Source: Somniosus microcephalus
Taxonomy: Eukaryota
Length of the DNA: 64,000 bases
Direction: 5' to 3'
Assembly (NCBI GenBank): GCA_052327205.1
Contig: CM126224.1
Span: 28,086,001 to 28,150,000 of the forward strand
The position numbers were made by a program, and so were the translations under genes. The notes below the pieces were generated by a model. The model was not told the DNA's origin. It searched no databases and saw nothing but the letters and a program-made list of their open reading frames with translations. Positions 12,875-24,040 of the stretch are shown here, in pieces (position 1 is the stretch's first letter; each line of letters opens with the position of its first letter).

Positions 12875-13100
12875 GCTGCCTTGCCTGCCCTCAACAGGTC
12901 ATTGAACTTTTTCCAGCACTGATCTGCAGTCCTGGGGGATAAGAGAGATCCTTTGATGAGCTGCCTCCCATGGGCATCCAGCAGCCTTTCTCTTCATTGC
13001 TGCAATTTGTCCGGGAATGTCTGTAGAGTGTTATACGCTCTTCTTTTCTGCTTCCTTCCAATGCTCTTATCCTTTCTTTGGATGTTTCTGCCAAGTCCTC
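12875..13100 (-). pseudogene. Harbinger Myb/SANT-like (trihelix) DNA-binding protein fossil
   Basis: Minus strand 12936-12880 translates as PRTADQCWKKFNDLLRAGK, the RTxxQCxKKFxDL third-helix motif; it sits next to the transposase. Confidence 0.75.
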
Positions 13101-13529
13101 TACTTGAAGATATGTTTGAAAAGTGCCAAAATATCTTGAGTGAGCCTCTATCACATATAACTGACAGTTACCTCTGTCTTCTGCTGCAATCTTCATCCCT
13201 TTTAGCCTTTTTAAAGGCCAGCCATACAAATTTCCACTCACTTCAACGCATTCCCCTCGTGTTACATGGGAACGGCACCACTGAAATGCCAGTGGGTATT
13301 TACATTAGCTGGCCCCACCTTCTCTGGCGGGTCAGCACTGCAGGTGATTGGTGGGCAGAAGTCCCGCCTCTGGGATGCAACACCAGCATCAATGGCCCCA
13401 TGGATTGTCGGGACCTATAGCCCGATATCCTTGCTGAGCCACACTATCTGAAGTTCGTTTTTCAAGGGTTGCTGGTGGTCATCTTACTGTAATTTTGAAC
13501 TCAATGCCCGTACCCACACATGATTTCCC

Positions 13530-13619
13530 GCCCCCCCCCCCCAAAAGCCGTCAACATGGCCAGGTGCTCAAACCCCCCCCCCCCCCCCAAAGCAGTCAAC
13601 ATGGCCTAGTGCTCAAACC
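13530..13619. repeat. Short tandem duplication (~42 bp x2) with poly-C runs
   Basis: (C)n-AAAGC(C/A)GTCAACATGGCC(AG/TA)GTGCTCAAAC occurs twice. Confidence 0.8.
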
Positions 13620-14289
13620 ACACTCTGCTTGATGGGTCCTATGCTCAATATGAAGGACGGGAGCTGCTAATACCTTTTCTCTGCTGGACAATCCTCCGCC
13701 CTCAGCATAGTAAGGCACAGAGGGCAAACTTCTGCTGGATGGCCCACGTACCGTAGATCACCCTCTCAGCCACTTAACTCAACATTGTTTTCTACTTTAA
13801 TATACTGCACCGAGGTAATGACTCTCAAAGTCATGCACGTTAACAAGGAATGCCATGTAGTGTAATCACTCATCATGCCTCAGCTGTGCTCTCCCCCATT
13901 TCTGTCAAGCCTTTATTTTGAATACAATCAGAAGAAATGTGCCAAGCTGCTTGGTGTGCCAAATTTGGCTCTGCTGCCCAACTGAACCATGAAGTACTAA
14001 ATTTGTAAATCAAGAATCCACACACTCCGAGGACTCGAGCTTCAATATGTCAGCACTTGTTTCACACAATAGATCCTTAGAAGTCACAATTGCCCTTCTG
14101 TTCAGTTAGGGGAAACATGGACATGAAGCAACTGATTGCAATGAATATTATTCACCAGCTGAAACCAGGGACGTTGTGCCTCACTGACATTGTTTGTTAT
14201 GCTGACTTGCCAGCAGTTGAATGCGTGTGAAGGACCTACAGGGCGACTGCGTTGCAGAAGAAAAGGAGCATAAGAGGCTGAAAAATGCA

Positions 14290-14530
14290 CATACTAGCTA
14301 CCCTAGGCCGAGACACTAGGCCAAGGCACACCTACCCGGGGCTCACCGAGGAGCAGCATCGAATGAGGCACAGGATGAGCAAAGAAGCCGCCTTGGAGCT
14401 ATGCTGCTTCATACACGAAGATATGAGCTGGGGTCAGCCAGAGCATCAGTGCTGTCGGTGGAAGTTAGAGTCACCACTGCTACACATCCAGACCAGCCGC
14501 CATACAGAAAACTGCAGCATTTGTGACGTG
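14290..14530 (+). pseudogene. Second Harbinger transposase N-terminal fossil
   Basis: RPRHTYPGLTEEQHRMRHRMSKEAALELCCFIHEDM, then in a shifted frame SVLSVEVRVTTA; homologous to the region at 12100-12280. Confidence 0.7.
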
Positions 14531-14677
14531 ACTGCAGATTTCTACTGGAAGACACATTAGTTCTGAGTTTAAGGAGGACCGCAAGCAGCAGGAGCAAAGC
14601 AGCTTGGTTTCTACCAGCTGACTCGTCGTCCCAAAGTGAAGGGGGTTATCAACTGCACCCAGATTGCCATTTGTGAC

Positions 14678-15742
14678 ACAATAGCAAAATACTGCGGATG
14701 CTGGAAATCTGAAACAACAACAGAAAATGCTGGAAACACTCAGCAGGCCAGGCAGCATCCGTGGGGAGAGAAGCAGAGTTAACGTTTCAGGTCTGTGACC
14801 CTTCATCAGAACTGGAAAAAGTTAGGGATGTGACAGGTTTTAAGCAGGTGCAGAGGCAGAGAAAGGAGGGGGGAGAAGGGGAGGAAGGAATAGAAGGGAC
14901 AGTCTGTGCTAGAATGCAAGGCAGGAGAGATTAAATGTTGTAAATGGGGATGGCAGAATCATCAACAGCTGCCACCTGAAAAAATGGGGGCAGAGGTTAT
15001 AGTCTGAAATTGTTGAACTCAATGTCGAGTCCAGAAGGCTGTAAAGTGCCTAATCAGAAGATGAGGTGCTGTTCCTCGAGCTTACGTTGAGCTTCATTGG
15101 AACAGTGTAAGAGGCCGAGGACAGTGAGGTCAGAGTGGGAGTGGAGCGGAGAATTAAAGTGACAGGCGACCGGAAGCTCGGGGCCCCCCTTACGGACTGA
15201 ACGGAGGTGTTCCGCAAAGCGGTCACCCAATCTGCGTTTGGTTTCCCCAATGTAGAGGAAACCGCATCGTGAGCAGTGAATACAGTATATTAAATTGCAA
15301 GAAGTACAAGTAAATCGCTGTTTCACCTGGAAGGGGGGTTAGGGGCCCTGGACAGTTGGAAGGGAGGAGGTAAAAGGGCATGTGTTGCATCTCCTGCGCT
15401 TGCACGGGAAGGTGCCGTGGGGAGGGGAGGGGCTGTTGGGGGTGATTGAAGAATGGACCAGGGTGTTGCGGAGGGAGCGGTCCCTTCGAAATGCTGAAAG
15501 GGGAGGGGAAGGGAAAATGATCCATTGAATGTGGAGGCTGGTGGGGTGAAAGGCAAGGACAAGGGGAACCCAATCGTGGTTCTGGGAGGGAGAAGGGGTG
15601 AGAGCAGAAGTGTGGGAAATGGAACGGATACGGTCGAGGGCCGTGCCAACCACAGTAGAGGGGAATCCTTGGTTGAGGAAAAAGGAAGACATATCGAAAG
15701 CATGGCATCGTCAGAACAGATGCGGTGGAGACGGAGCAACTG
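14678..15742 (-). mobile_element. Penelope-like retroelement, 5'-truncated: RT thumb end, Cys linker, GIY-YIG endonuclease, 3' end
   Basis: LLRLHRICSDDA; GTFPCKRRRCNTCPF; NLIYCIHCSRCGFLYIGETKRRLGDRFAEHLRSVRK...VACHFNS...RKLEEQHLIF. 3' region homologous to 4640-5075. Confidence 0.92.
14777..14813 (-). ncRNA. Minimal type-I hammerhead ribozyme (intact core)
   Basis: Minus strand AGUU-CUGAUGA-A-GGGUC-ACA-GACCU-GAAA-CGUU-AACU. Stem I AGUU/AACU, stem II GGGUC/GACCU, palindromic ACGU stem III, GUU cleavage triplet. Confidence 0.8.
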
Positions 15743-15899
15743 GACCTCTTAATAATCCCGAATGAATAGGAAAGACTACTACTGACTCAATGTATAGAGT
15801 TTGCAACAGCAGCTCAAAACCATGCATGTCAAAGCATGTCGCCCAGGGACTCCATCTTGAGACAGTCCAATGTGACCACATTATTTGAAGGGGAAGAGT

Positions 15900-16335
15900 C
15901 ATAAGAAGATAAGAATTAGGAGCAGGAGTAGACCATACGGCCCCTTGAGCCTGCTCTGCCATTCAATAGGAACATGGCTGAACTTCGACCTCAACTCCAC
16001 TTTCTCACCCTATCCCCACATCACTTGATTCCTTTAGTGTCCAAAAATCTAGCGATCTCAGTCTTGAATAAAGTCATTGGCTGAGCATCCACAGCCCTCT
16101 GGGGTAGAGAATTCCAAAGATTCACAACCGAGTGAAGAAATTTCTCCTCATCTCAGTCCGAAATGGCTGACTCCTTATCTTGAGACTGTGACCCCTGGTT
16201 CGACACCCTCCAGCCAGGGGAAACAGCCTCTCAGCATCGAACCGGTCAAGCCCTCTAAGAATTTTATATGTTTCAATGAGATCACACCTCATTCTTCTAA
16301 ACTCCAGAGAATATCGGCCCATTCTACTCAATATG
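15900..16335 (-). mobile_element. CR1/HER1 LINE 3' fragment
   Basis: YSLEFRRMRCDLIETYKILRGLDRFDAERLFPLAGGCRTRGHSLKIRSQPFRTEMRRNFFT plus the 3' UTR hairpin and short-repeat tail. Confidence 0.92.
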
Positions 16336-16469
16336 TGGAAAGCTGCCTCCTGGAAGACCAGGGATAGACATGACATTCGTGGCTGATGACTCCACTGGTG
16401 AATCCCCGTACTCAACTTCAGCAGCGATAATATTTGAAAGGGCTTTTATTTTCTCATTTGTATCAGACC

Positions 16470-16595
16470 AAATACCTTCTACTGAGGCAGGGTCCATATC
16501 TGAAACATCATCTTTGCTGCCTGACCTGCTGGGGTGTTTCCAGCCTTTGCTGCTTTTTTTTCCCAATACCTTTCGTTTTCTCCCATTTTGGAATC
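16470..16595 (+). mobile_element. Degenerate Penelope-type 3' end
   Basis: CTGAGGCAGGGTCCATATCTGAAACATC...GCTGCCTGACCTGCTGGGGTGTTTCCAGC resembles 4942-5030. Confidence 0.55.
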
Positions 16596-16943
16596 TGATT
16601 ACATGTTCATGGTAATAAATCCACAGACTGTAGCTTTCAATGAAAGGATGCGTTTTATTGATATTTTCTGTGCATCGTGGTGTCTGCTTGGCATGTTTAC
16701 CAGCACCAGTGACTTGCTTATATCTGTGTAGCAGTTTGTACTGGCATTCCCATATGTTCCCTCAGGTAGGGGCCTGGAACTGGGAACTACTGTCTCTCCT
16801 CTGACTCTAGATTCCCTTAGCCAAGAGTGGTGCTGATGCCCTTTCACCAATGCAAAGAGGCCCCTGTGCTTGAGTTGCTGCAGTTAGAGGCTCCCCAGGA
16901 GGAAGGTGGTGTTGGCAAAGAGAACACCCCGACAACATGGACA

Positions 16944-17005
16944 CAAACAACAACGACTTGCATTTATATAGCACCTTTCGTGTAGTAAAACGTCCCAAGG
17001 CGCTG
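16944..17005 (-). mobile_element. L2 3' tail
   Basis: CAACAACGACTTGCATTTATATAGCACCTTTCGTGTAGTAAAACGTCCCAAGGCGCT. Confidence 0.75.
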
Positions 17006-17042
17006 CGGCAAAGCCACGGAAGGATTTGAAAACAAGGAGGGG

Positions 17043-17044
<2 letters not shown>

Positions 17045-17078
<34 letters not shown>
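17045..17078. repeat. Poly-T tract (34 nt)
   Basis: Read directly from the sequence. Confidence 0.95.
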
Positions 17079-17083
<5 letters not shown>

Positions 17084-17261
17084 GAGGCTGCTACCGCAGA
17101 GACTGCTCTTGGGGGCACATTAATCTGCCGAAGGACAGGAGGCCATACATCGAACAGGTTCTTAAAACTATTCCCCAGTGTGCTGCCCACATTGGGACAG
17201 GAATGGGATCAAGCAAGTGCGGAGGTGAGGAACGGGTGGAAGGGCGTGGGGCTGGTTAGCA

Positions 17262-17452
17262 GAAGGAGCACAGGATCGGGAATAGGCCATTCAGCCCCTC
17301 GAGCCTGTTCCGCCATTCAGTTACATCATGGCTGGTCTGTACCTCAACTCCATTCACTCATCTTTGACCCATATCCCTTGATACCTCTACCCAACAGAAA
17401 TCCATCGATCTCGGTCTTGAAAATTTCCATTGATCCAGCCTTCACAGCCTTT
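17262..17452 (-). mobile_element. CR1 3' UTR fragment
   Basis: AGGATCGGGAATAGGCCATTCAGCCCCTCGAGCCTGTTCCGCCATTCA...CCATATCCCTTGATACC. Confidence 0.8.
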
Positions 17453-17999
17453 TTGTATTTACAGCCCATTCCAAAGTATTGGTGATTAAGCAGCTCATTA
17501 ACTGCTTGAGCAGTGTGAAAGTGAGCATTAGTGCAGGTATAGGATGACAGGCAAGATTATTGAGTTTATGAGGCTCAAATCCAATTGGACATACCCATCA
17601 GTTTAATGATCAGGTGTTACTCACAAACAGCAATCAGTGAACGTTAAAGGGAAGAAAATATTACCCATCTGTGTCTCCACTACGGACATTGTGCCATAGC
17701 TCCTTTATTTTTTTTTCCAATCTAATGAACACAAAGTAGACAAAATAAATATGATTTAGTCTGAACTATTGCTCATTGTTTGTAAATCTGTGAGGGTTTA
17801 AAGAAAAACAAAGCAAGGCTGATGTCCTCCTAATCTCATCTCTGCTCAGATACACCCAGAACATCTAGACTTTCTGATGAGAAGTTTCCTGCACTTCAAG
17901 AACCACCCCCCCAATAATATCAGGTGCAACAAGCCCAGCAGACCCAGCAATATCTCATTATAAACTAGCACGAGGACCGCATTGTGTTGCAGTCGTCAG

Positions 18000-18308
18000 C
18001 AACAACAACAACTTGTATTTATATAGCGTCTTTAACATAGTAAAACATCCCAAGGCGCTGCACAGGAGTATTTTAGGACAACAAATTTGACACCGATCCA
18101 CATAAGGATAAATTAAGGCAGGTGACCAAAAGCTTGGTCAGAGGTAGGTTTTAAGGAGCGTCTTAAAAGGAGGATAGAGAGGCGGAGAGGTTTAGGCAGG
18201 GAATTCCAGAGCTTAGGGCCTAGGCAACAGAAGGCACGGCCACCAAAGGTTGAGTGCTTACAATCAGGGATGCTCAAGAGGGCAGAATTAGAGGAGCGCA
18301 GATATCTT
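18000..18308 (-). mobile_element. L2-clade LINE 3' fragment
   Basis: RYLRSSNSALLSIPDCKHSTFGGRAFCCLGPKLWNSLPKPLRLS (L2 ORF2 C-terminus) plus a (TTG)n tail. Confidence 0.88.
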
Positions 18309-19469
18309 TGCGCAGCACAGCAACAAGTGCACAAAACATTGGTAACAACCACCTAAGTGGCATGGATGAATTGAAATGACCTGTTGAGGAATTTAAAACA
18401 CCCGCTATAGTTTGAACATGCTGCAGACAGCAGCTGTTTGAACAGAAGAATGTGGATACAGATATCTTCGGAAAAGCCTCCAAGGAAAGAGGCTTAATGC
18501 TTGTACCCAACAGGCAAATCAAGCAGTTCCACAAGACTATGGATCAAGTGAAGAATCACAAATGTTTTCCCTGATCAAAATGCTCTTCAGGACTCCAAAA
18601 TGGTTGAATATAACCTGTTATGGACATTAGTGCGTGCATTCCAGTGTCTGCTGTTGAATTAGCAGTGAGCCAAGAAATAATCGACATTGGTTCAATTCTG
18701 ACGGGATGGCTTGTTGATGCCAGAAGAGGATTGGAGTCATCTACGGGGGAAGTTGACTAAGGAAACCATCCAGACTGATTCCAACCAACTGCATGACTGT
18801 CTTGACCACATACAGGACATCTAACAAAGAACAATGTCATTTATGCGACTGATCTGTCTTTGCCATGTCCGGCTCAAATATATCCACTGAAATATATCAA
18901 GTAGACACTAATCCCTTCGCACAGATGGATAAAGACATTCCTCGCTCTGATGCACAGATGTCAGCCACTACTGCTGAAGTGTGTGTTTTCCACTTTCTGC
19001 AGACTGATCATCCACCTGTTGATGTAACTCTCTCAACGGAAGCTGCTAATGGCAGGGCGCTCCTCAGGATCATAGTCCTCTAATAGTGTACACCTACTGA
19101 GAAGTACAGGGGTTGCAGAGCAGAACAGTACAAACATCAGGAATACATCCTGTACATGCACTTCATTGGAAAAATAAACTTTTTTATGCTGGTTTCAGAC
19201 ACAAGATCTGTGAAGGCTCAAAATTGGCAATGTATACAAAAAAAAAGTTTGCAAGTGTCTTTTTTGTGTCAGTTATTGGGACAGCGTACCAACATTTCTA
19301 TGGTAGTGAAAACTGCCATTATTCAACACAACTAATCCTTGCCATATTATAAACCACATATACAAATCAACTTTTTTTTTAAAAAGCAGTAAGAGATAGG
19401 AACTCTTTAATTGAAGGATTCCTCAGGGCAGAATTGAATGGATTCAGAATACGGGAGAAGTTTTAAATG

Positions 19470-20700
19470 CCTAATTTGCGTTAGTTTTCACTACAAAAGA
19501 TGATGCGGAGTTGCCTATAATACGTAGGGTTGATGGTGAAGTTGAAATTGTCAAAGTTGATGCGGATATAATCCTGGCTAGAATAAAGGATCTCAAAACA
19601 CGTAGGGCTGCTGGCCTTAACAGCAGTCACCTGAGGGTGCAAAAACAAATGGGGTGTGTGCTCTGCAAGTCCTTTGTTCATTTATTTAACACTTTGTTGA
19701 GGTCTGGGGTTGTTCCCATGGACTGAAGAGGTCCATGCGGTGCCAATATTTAAACGGGACAATGTCAGCACCAGGAAATTACAGACCCATTAGCTTGACT
19801 TTGGTTGCAGGCACCTTGCTCGAAGGGTCCATTGAAGGTGTGCTGCATGACAATCTAGACTGAGACGGGATCATTAGAGACTCTCAACATGGTTTCTGGA
19901 AAAGAAGGTCCTGTCGCAACAACCTGGTTGAGTTTTTTTTGGAAGAAGTTACTAGGTTGGGGGATGTCGGTAGTGCTATTGACATTATGTATCTTGATTT
20001 TCAAAAAGGTGCCACACAGTAGGCTACTAGATAAGGTTGCATCCTGCGGAACCAACGGGCAGATTTCGGGTTGGATAAGGAACTGGCTGCATTCTCAGAG
20101 AGAAGGTAGTTATTAATGGTAGTGGTCCTACGTGGGAACCAGTTACTAGTGGAGTCGAGTAGGGATCAGTGTTAGGACCGTTGCCCCTTTCTCCACCTTT
20201 GTCAATCATCTGAATGAAGATTTTGGGGGAACTGTCCACAAGTTCACAGATGATACTAAGGTATGTGAAGATGCAAGGATCTTAGAGGAGAAAAATGGAC
20301 TACAGGCACACCTACTTGGCTTTTAATATAGAAAAGTGTAATATTATGCACATGGATAGAGGCAATGCCGAGCATGTGTATACCATGCAGGGTTGCATGC
20401 TCAAGGCTGCTGAAAGGAAGGAGGACCAGGGTGTTATAGTGCATGAATCTTTGAGGGTCCACAACCAGTGCTGCGAGGCTGTTACTAAAGCAAATAAAGT
20501 GATAGGGTATATTGCCAGGGCGATTAAATACACAGCAAGAAATACTACACAGTCTCTGTACGCGTCTTTGGTTACACCTCATCTAAAACTATGTCAGTTA
20601 ATGTGGCGATATGGAACCATTGGAAAAGGTTCAGAGGAGGTACACTAGATTGATAGTTTAAAAGCCCTCAGTTACCATGATAGGCTTAGAGATTTCCCTT
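19470..20700 (+). mobile_element. Old CR1-clade LINE reverse transcriptase fragment
   Basis: Broken RT motifs: SGVVPMD, PGNYRPISLT, QHGF, YLDFQKVPHSRLLDKV, WIRNWL, VTSGV..GSVLGP, FTDDTK, FNIEKCNIMH, LYASLVTPHL. Confidence 0.88.
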
Positions 20701-20913
20701 GACTCATAGCTCCCTGCTGGGGACATGGAAGTGCTGAATTTACCCTGCAGTGTCTGATAGGCAAGCTGCAAGGCGATGTTTTCAATTGTGGTGTAGTTTT
20801 GCACGTGCAGACTTTAAGCTTCAAAAGAAGGGCAAAGTAGATGAAATGTGGGAGTCAATTTCTGTTCAAGAGATAGATTCTTCTCAGACACAGACAGGAA
20901 TGTAACAGCTGCA

Positions 20914-21706
20914 TAAACTCTGCTGTCTTTGAAGCAGCATGTAAACCAAAATGTCCACTCTCCCTCTACTCCCACTACAAGCAGAGGGATTTCCTGTAAC
21001 TGACTGGGTGTACGTGTGTACACAGGTATGTGTGTGCCATGCACACGTGGAGATCTGTGCACAGGTGTGTTGTCATTGTGCAAACTTTAAGCTTCATCAC
21101 CCTTCAGGATGCCTGGAATGCTCAAGATAAAATTGTTACATTTTGAATTGAATTATTCAGTAGTTTGGAAAATAACAGTGTAATTTTCACACTTTCGGGG
21201 AACTCAGTTTAACGTGTGAGAGAACAAATGTTCGCATGGGAAGATGAGGAGTATGGAAATTACCATTCCTGCTCAACTGCTCTTATGTAATAGATGTGAG
21301 CATATTATAGTCAAAGCTCATTTTTCCAAAGTTTGGATGTTTTAGATTTTGAACAGGGGACGTTGGGAGTTTAATGTTTGCTAAGTATACTGATGCTGCC
21401 CCCGGCCCACCATGGAAATCTGTAAACCTCCCCAGCGATCGGACATCTCAGACACCGCCCCCCTCCCCAAATTCAAAATGTAACAATTTTATTTTGACCA
21501 TTCCAGGCATCCCAAAGGGTGACAAAGCTTAAAGTTTGCACAATAACACCACACCTGTGCACAGATCTCCACGTGTGCATGGTACACACACCTGTGTACA
21601 CACACGTACACCCAGTCAGTTACAGGAAATCTCTCAGCTTTTGGTGGGGGTAGAGGGAGAGTGGACATTTTTGGCTTACATGCTGCTTCAAAGACAGCAG
21701 AGTTTA
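20914..21706. repeat. Long inverted repeat: arms 20914-21149 and 21470-21706, ~320-bp spacer
   Basis: The arms are reverse complements over ~235 bp with scattered mismatches. They give the near-identical opposite-strand ORFs MHNDNTPVHRSPRVHGTH and MHNNTTPVHRSPRVHGTH. Confidence 0.95.
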
Positions 21707-22100
21707 CCAACAGCCCCCCAAATTCACCATCTCTCCCTCCAATCTCTCTTCGAGCACCTTCCGATCTCTCCCTGACCCCACTCAGATCTTTCCCCCAACC
21801 TCTCACTCTGATCTCTCTCCGACCTCCCGCAAACACCCCAGGACCCTCCAAATCACACTGTCTCCACCCCTTCACGATCTCTGCCGAGCAGCAGGAAAAC
21901 TACCTGCTCCTGGGCTACGGCCTCTTCTGCAGTGTTCCCCGACCGCCAGGGCGCCAAGCCCGTCAATTCGGCTAACTTCTGGGTGGGGAGCCCGTTTAAA
22001 AAAAAAAAAATGCACACTACGGAGTTAAAACTCCACGGTGTTCAGGGAAACAGGGTACCGACCAGAACTCCTCTCCCACCACTGGCTTGGAAATCCGGCC
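21707..22100. mobile_element. GC-rich non-autonomous DNA transposon end (Harbinger-type MITE)
   Basis: CpG-rich tract ending GGAAATCCGGCCC, like the ...AAATTCAGCCC termini elsewhere in the window. Confidence 0.5.
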
Positions 22101-22326
22101 CAATAAATATCAGGGTCAAGCTATCACATGGGAAGACCTTGAGAAGAAGTACTCGATGAGATTGGTACATTACATACAACGGACAAACTGATGAAATGGT
22201 AGCTTTTGTAAGTGATATGTAGTACTGTCTTGTGACGAGGTGCACATAGCTTCATGTGTGTGCAGTTCATTAGGGCCAGAATCTACAGAGATGCTACAAT
22301 TGAATAACATTGTTCCTGTCAGACTA

Positions 22327-22650
22327 CAGGAAACTTTCGATTTACCGGCACCTAAATAACCGGAAATCTCGGTTAACCGGCAAAATTCAGGAGTAGGTTT
22401 TACTTCATATTGGTATTTGCCTTCTTCCATCTGTGCTGTGCAAGGGTGTGGCTGCAGCTGTTGCTAAGCTACAGAGACGCTTGAAACTTGTGTTCATTGT
22501 TCTACAGTTGTTGCTAAGCAACAGGGTTTGTTGCTTTATACGAAGCGGTCAGCTCTCCCGATCTTTTACTATAGCGTTCGGTTATCCGGAATTTTTGATG
22601 AACCGGCACCACGTCGGTCCCGTCCGTGCCGGATAAAAAAAAGTTTCCTG
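22327..22650. mobile_element. Tc1/mariner (Tigger/pogo-like) MITE
   Basis: TA|CAGGAAACT...AGTTTCCTG|TA: terminal inverted repeats with a TA target duplication and sub-terminal ACCGG repeats. Confidence 0.85.
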
Positions 22651-22814
22651 TACCTATTTAGGAAAACGGATGAATCTAGAATCCTTCATTCCAGTGCAGC
22701 ATTGGTGGACTGTAGGATGCCCATTTAATAGTCCACTGATGTCTACAAGAAGCCTGCCTCATAGAAATTCATGTCTGTGCTGCTGATGGCTCACTAATGT
22801 TTATGCAACGATTA

Positions 22815-23560
22815 AGGAGGTGCAACGAATCCAGAATGGTCTCGGGTTTGATCCTTGGTCTGTGCTGTGTTAGTTGCTCTCAGCCAGGGAGATGTACAGT
22901 TGGCCTCAGTGCCCTGGGTTGGGTAGGGGAAAATGAGCCAACACTCCCACTCATGATCACGATCCAACAACCCCCAAGTGGAAATGCAAGTATGTAGTCA
23001 CCAGGTGAGGACAGGCTTTGGCTGTGATGCACTTCACACATTTATCAGGTACAGTAGCATAGTGGTAATGTCACTGGGCTAGTAATCCAGAAACCTGGAC
23101 TAATGATCAAATCCCACCAAATGGGCAGCTGGGAATTTAAGTTCAGTTAATTAAATAAATCTGGAATAAAAAGCTAGCATCAGTAATGGTGACCATGAAA
23201 TTACCGAATTGTCGTAAAAACCCATCTATTTCACTAATGTCCTTTAGGGAAGGAAATCTACCGTCCTTACCGGGTCTGGCCTACATGTGACCCCAGCAAT
23301 GTGGTTGACTTGTAACTGCCCTCGGAGATAGCCAGCAAGCCAACTCAGTTTTATAAGGGCGGCTCACCACCACCTTCTCGAGGGCAATTTGGGATGACCA
23401 ATAAATGCTGGCGACGCCCACAGCCCATGAACAAATAATAAAAAAAATATAACGGATGGCCAATTGAGTGAGATATCGGAGGGCAACAAATGCCTGTGGA
23501 ATTATACCTGAGCCAATGACATCAGGAGAGGGCGGGAGGGAAGAAAAGTGAAAAAATAAA
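22815..23560 (+). mobile_element. Unassigned tRNA-SINE family 'X', interrupted by a younger SINE
   Basis: GGTTTGATCCTTGGTCTGTGCTGTGTTAG...TTGGCCTCAGTGCCCTGGG. It resumes after 23450 (GGCCAATTGAGTGAG...TGTGGAATTATACC), matching the reverse complement of 23680-24040. Confidence 0.65.
23048..23447 (+). mobile_element. tRNA-derived SINE with a LINE-derived A-rich tail
   Basis: A-box TAGCATAGTGG and remnant B-box TCAAATCCC. The tail 23357-23447 matches the LINE 3' end at 36100-36200 (reverse complement). Confidence 0.8.
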
Positions 23561-23639
23561 TAAAGAACGTATCTGCTGAGGTAAACGTGTCACAGCTTAT
23601 TTAAGGACAAACAATTAACTCTTGCCTTGTAAATTCAAT

Positions 23640-24040
23640 GTTTTTTCTCTGCTACTGTCCTGGAGGCAATAACTAATGCTGAGGTACAGTTCCACAAGTG
23701 TTGCTGATCGCCTAGTACCACTCAATTGGCCATTCTTAATGAGTGAGCCTAGATAGTCAATAGTGTTGGGGTATTCTGAGTGTAAAGGTCCTCAATAGCC
23801 CCAACCTATCCTCACTAAGAGTCTGTACACACTGATCACTGCATAGCAATTAGGAGCAGGAGCCCTAGATTATATATTTTTTCCCTTCCTTGGCCCAGGA
23901 TACTGAGAATTATTGCAACCTTATGGCTGTTCAAGCTGAGGACAATTAACTCAGCACAGGCTAAACCTGGAGCCTTCCTGGTTTTGTGTGGCCGAGTACC
24001 ATATCAGAGATTGCATTTAGCTACTTCACCACTTGAGGAG
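23640..24040 (-). mobile_element. SINE family 'X' copy
   Basis: Reverse complement of the motifs at 22840-23030 (GCTGAG..AATTAACTCAGCACAGG...CCTGGAGCCTTCCTGG). Confidence 0.6.

Noticed and set aside
20814-21775. Pair of similar short ORFs as duplicated genes
   Set aside because: A by-product of the inverted repeat; the frames diverge by indels and have no domain signal.
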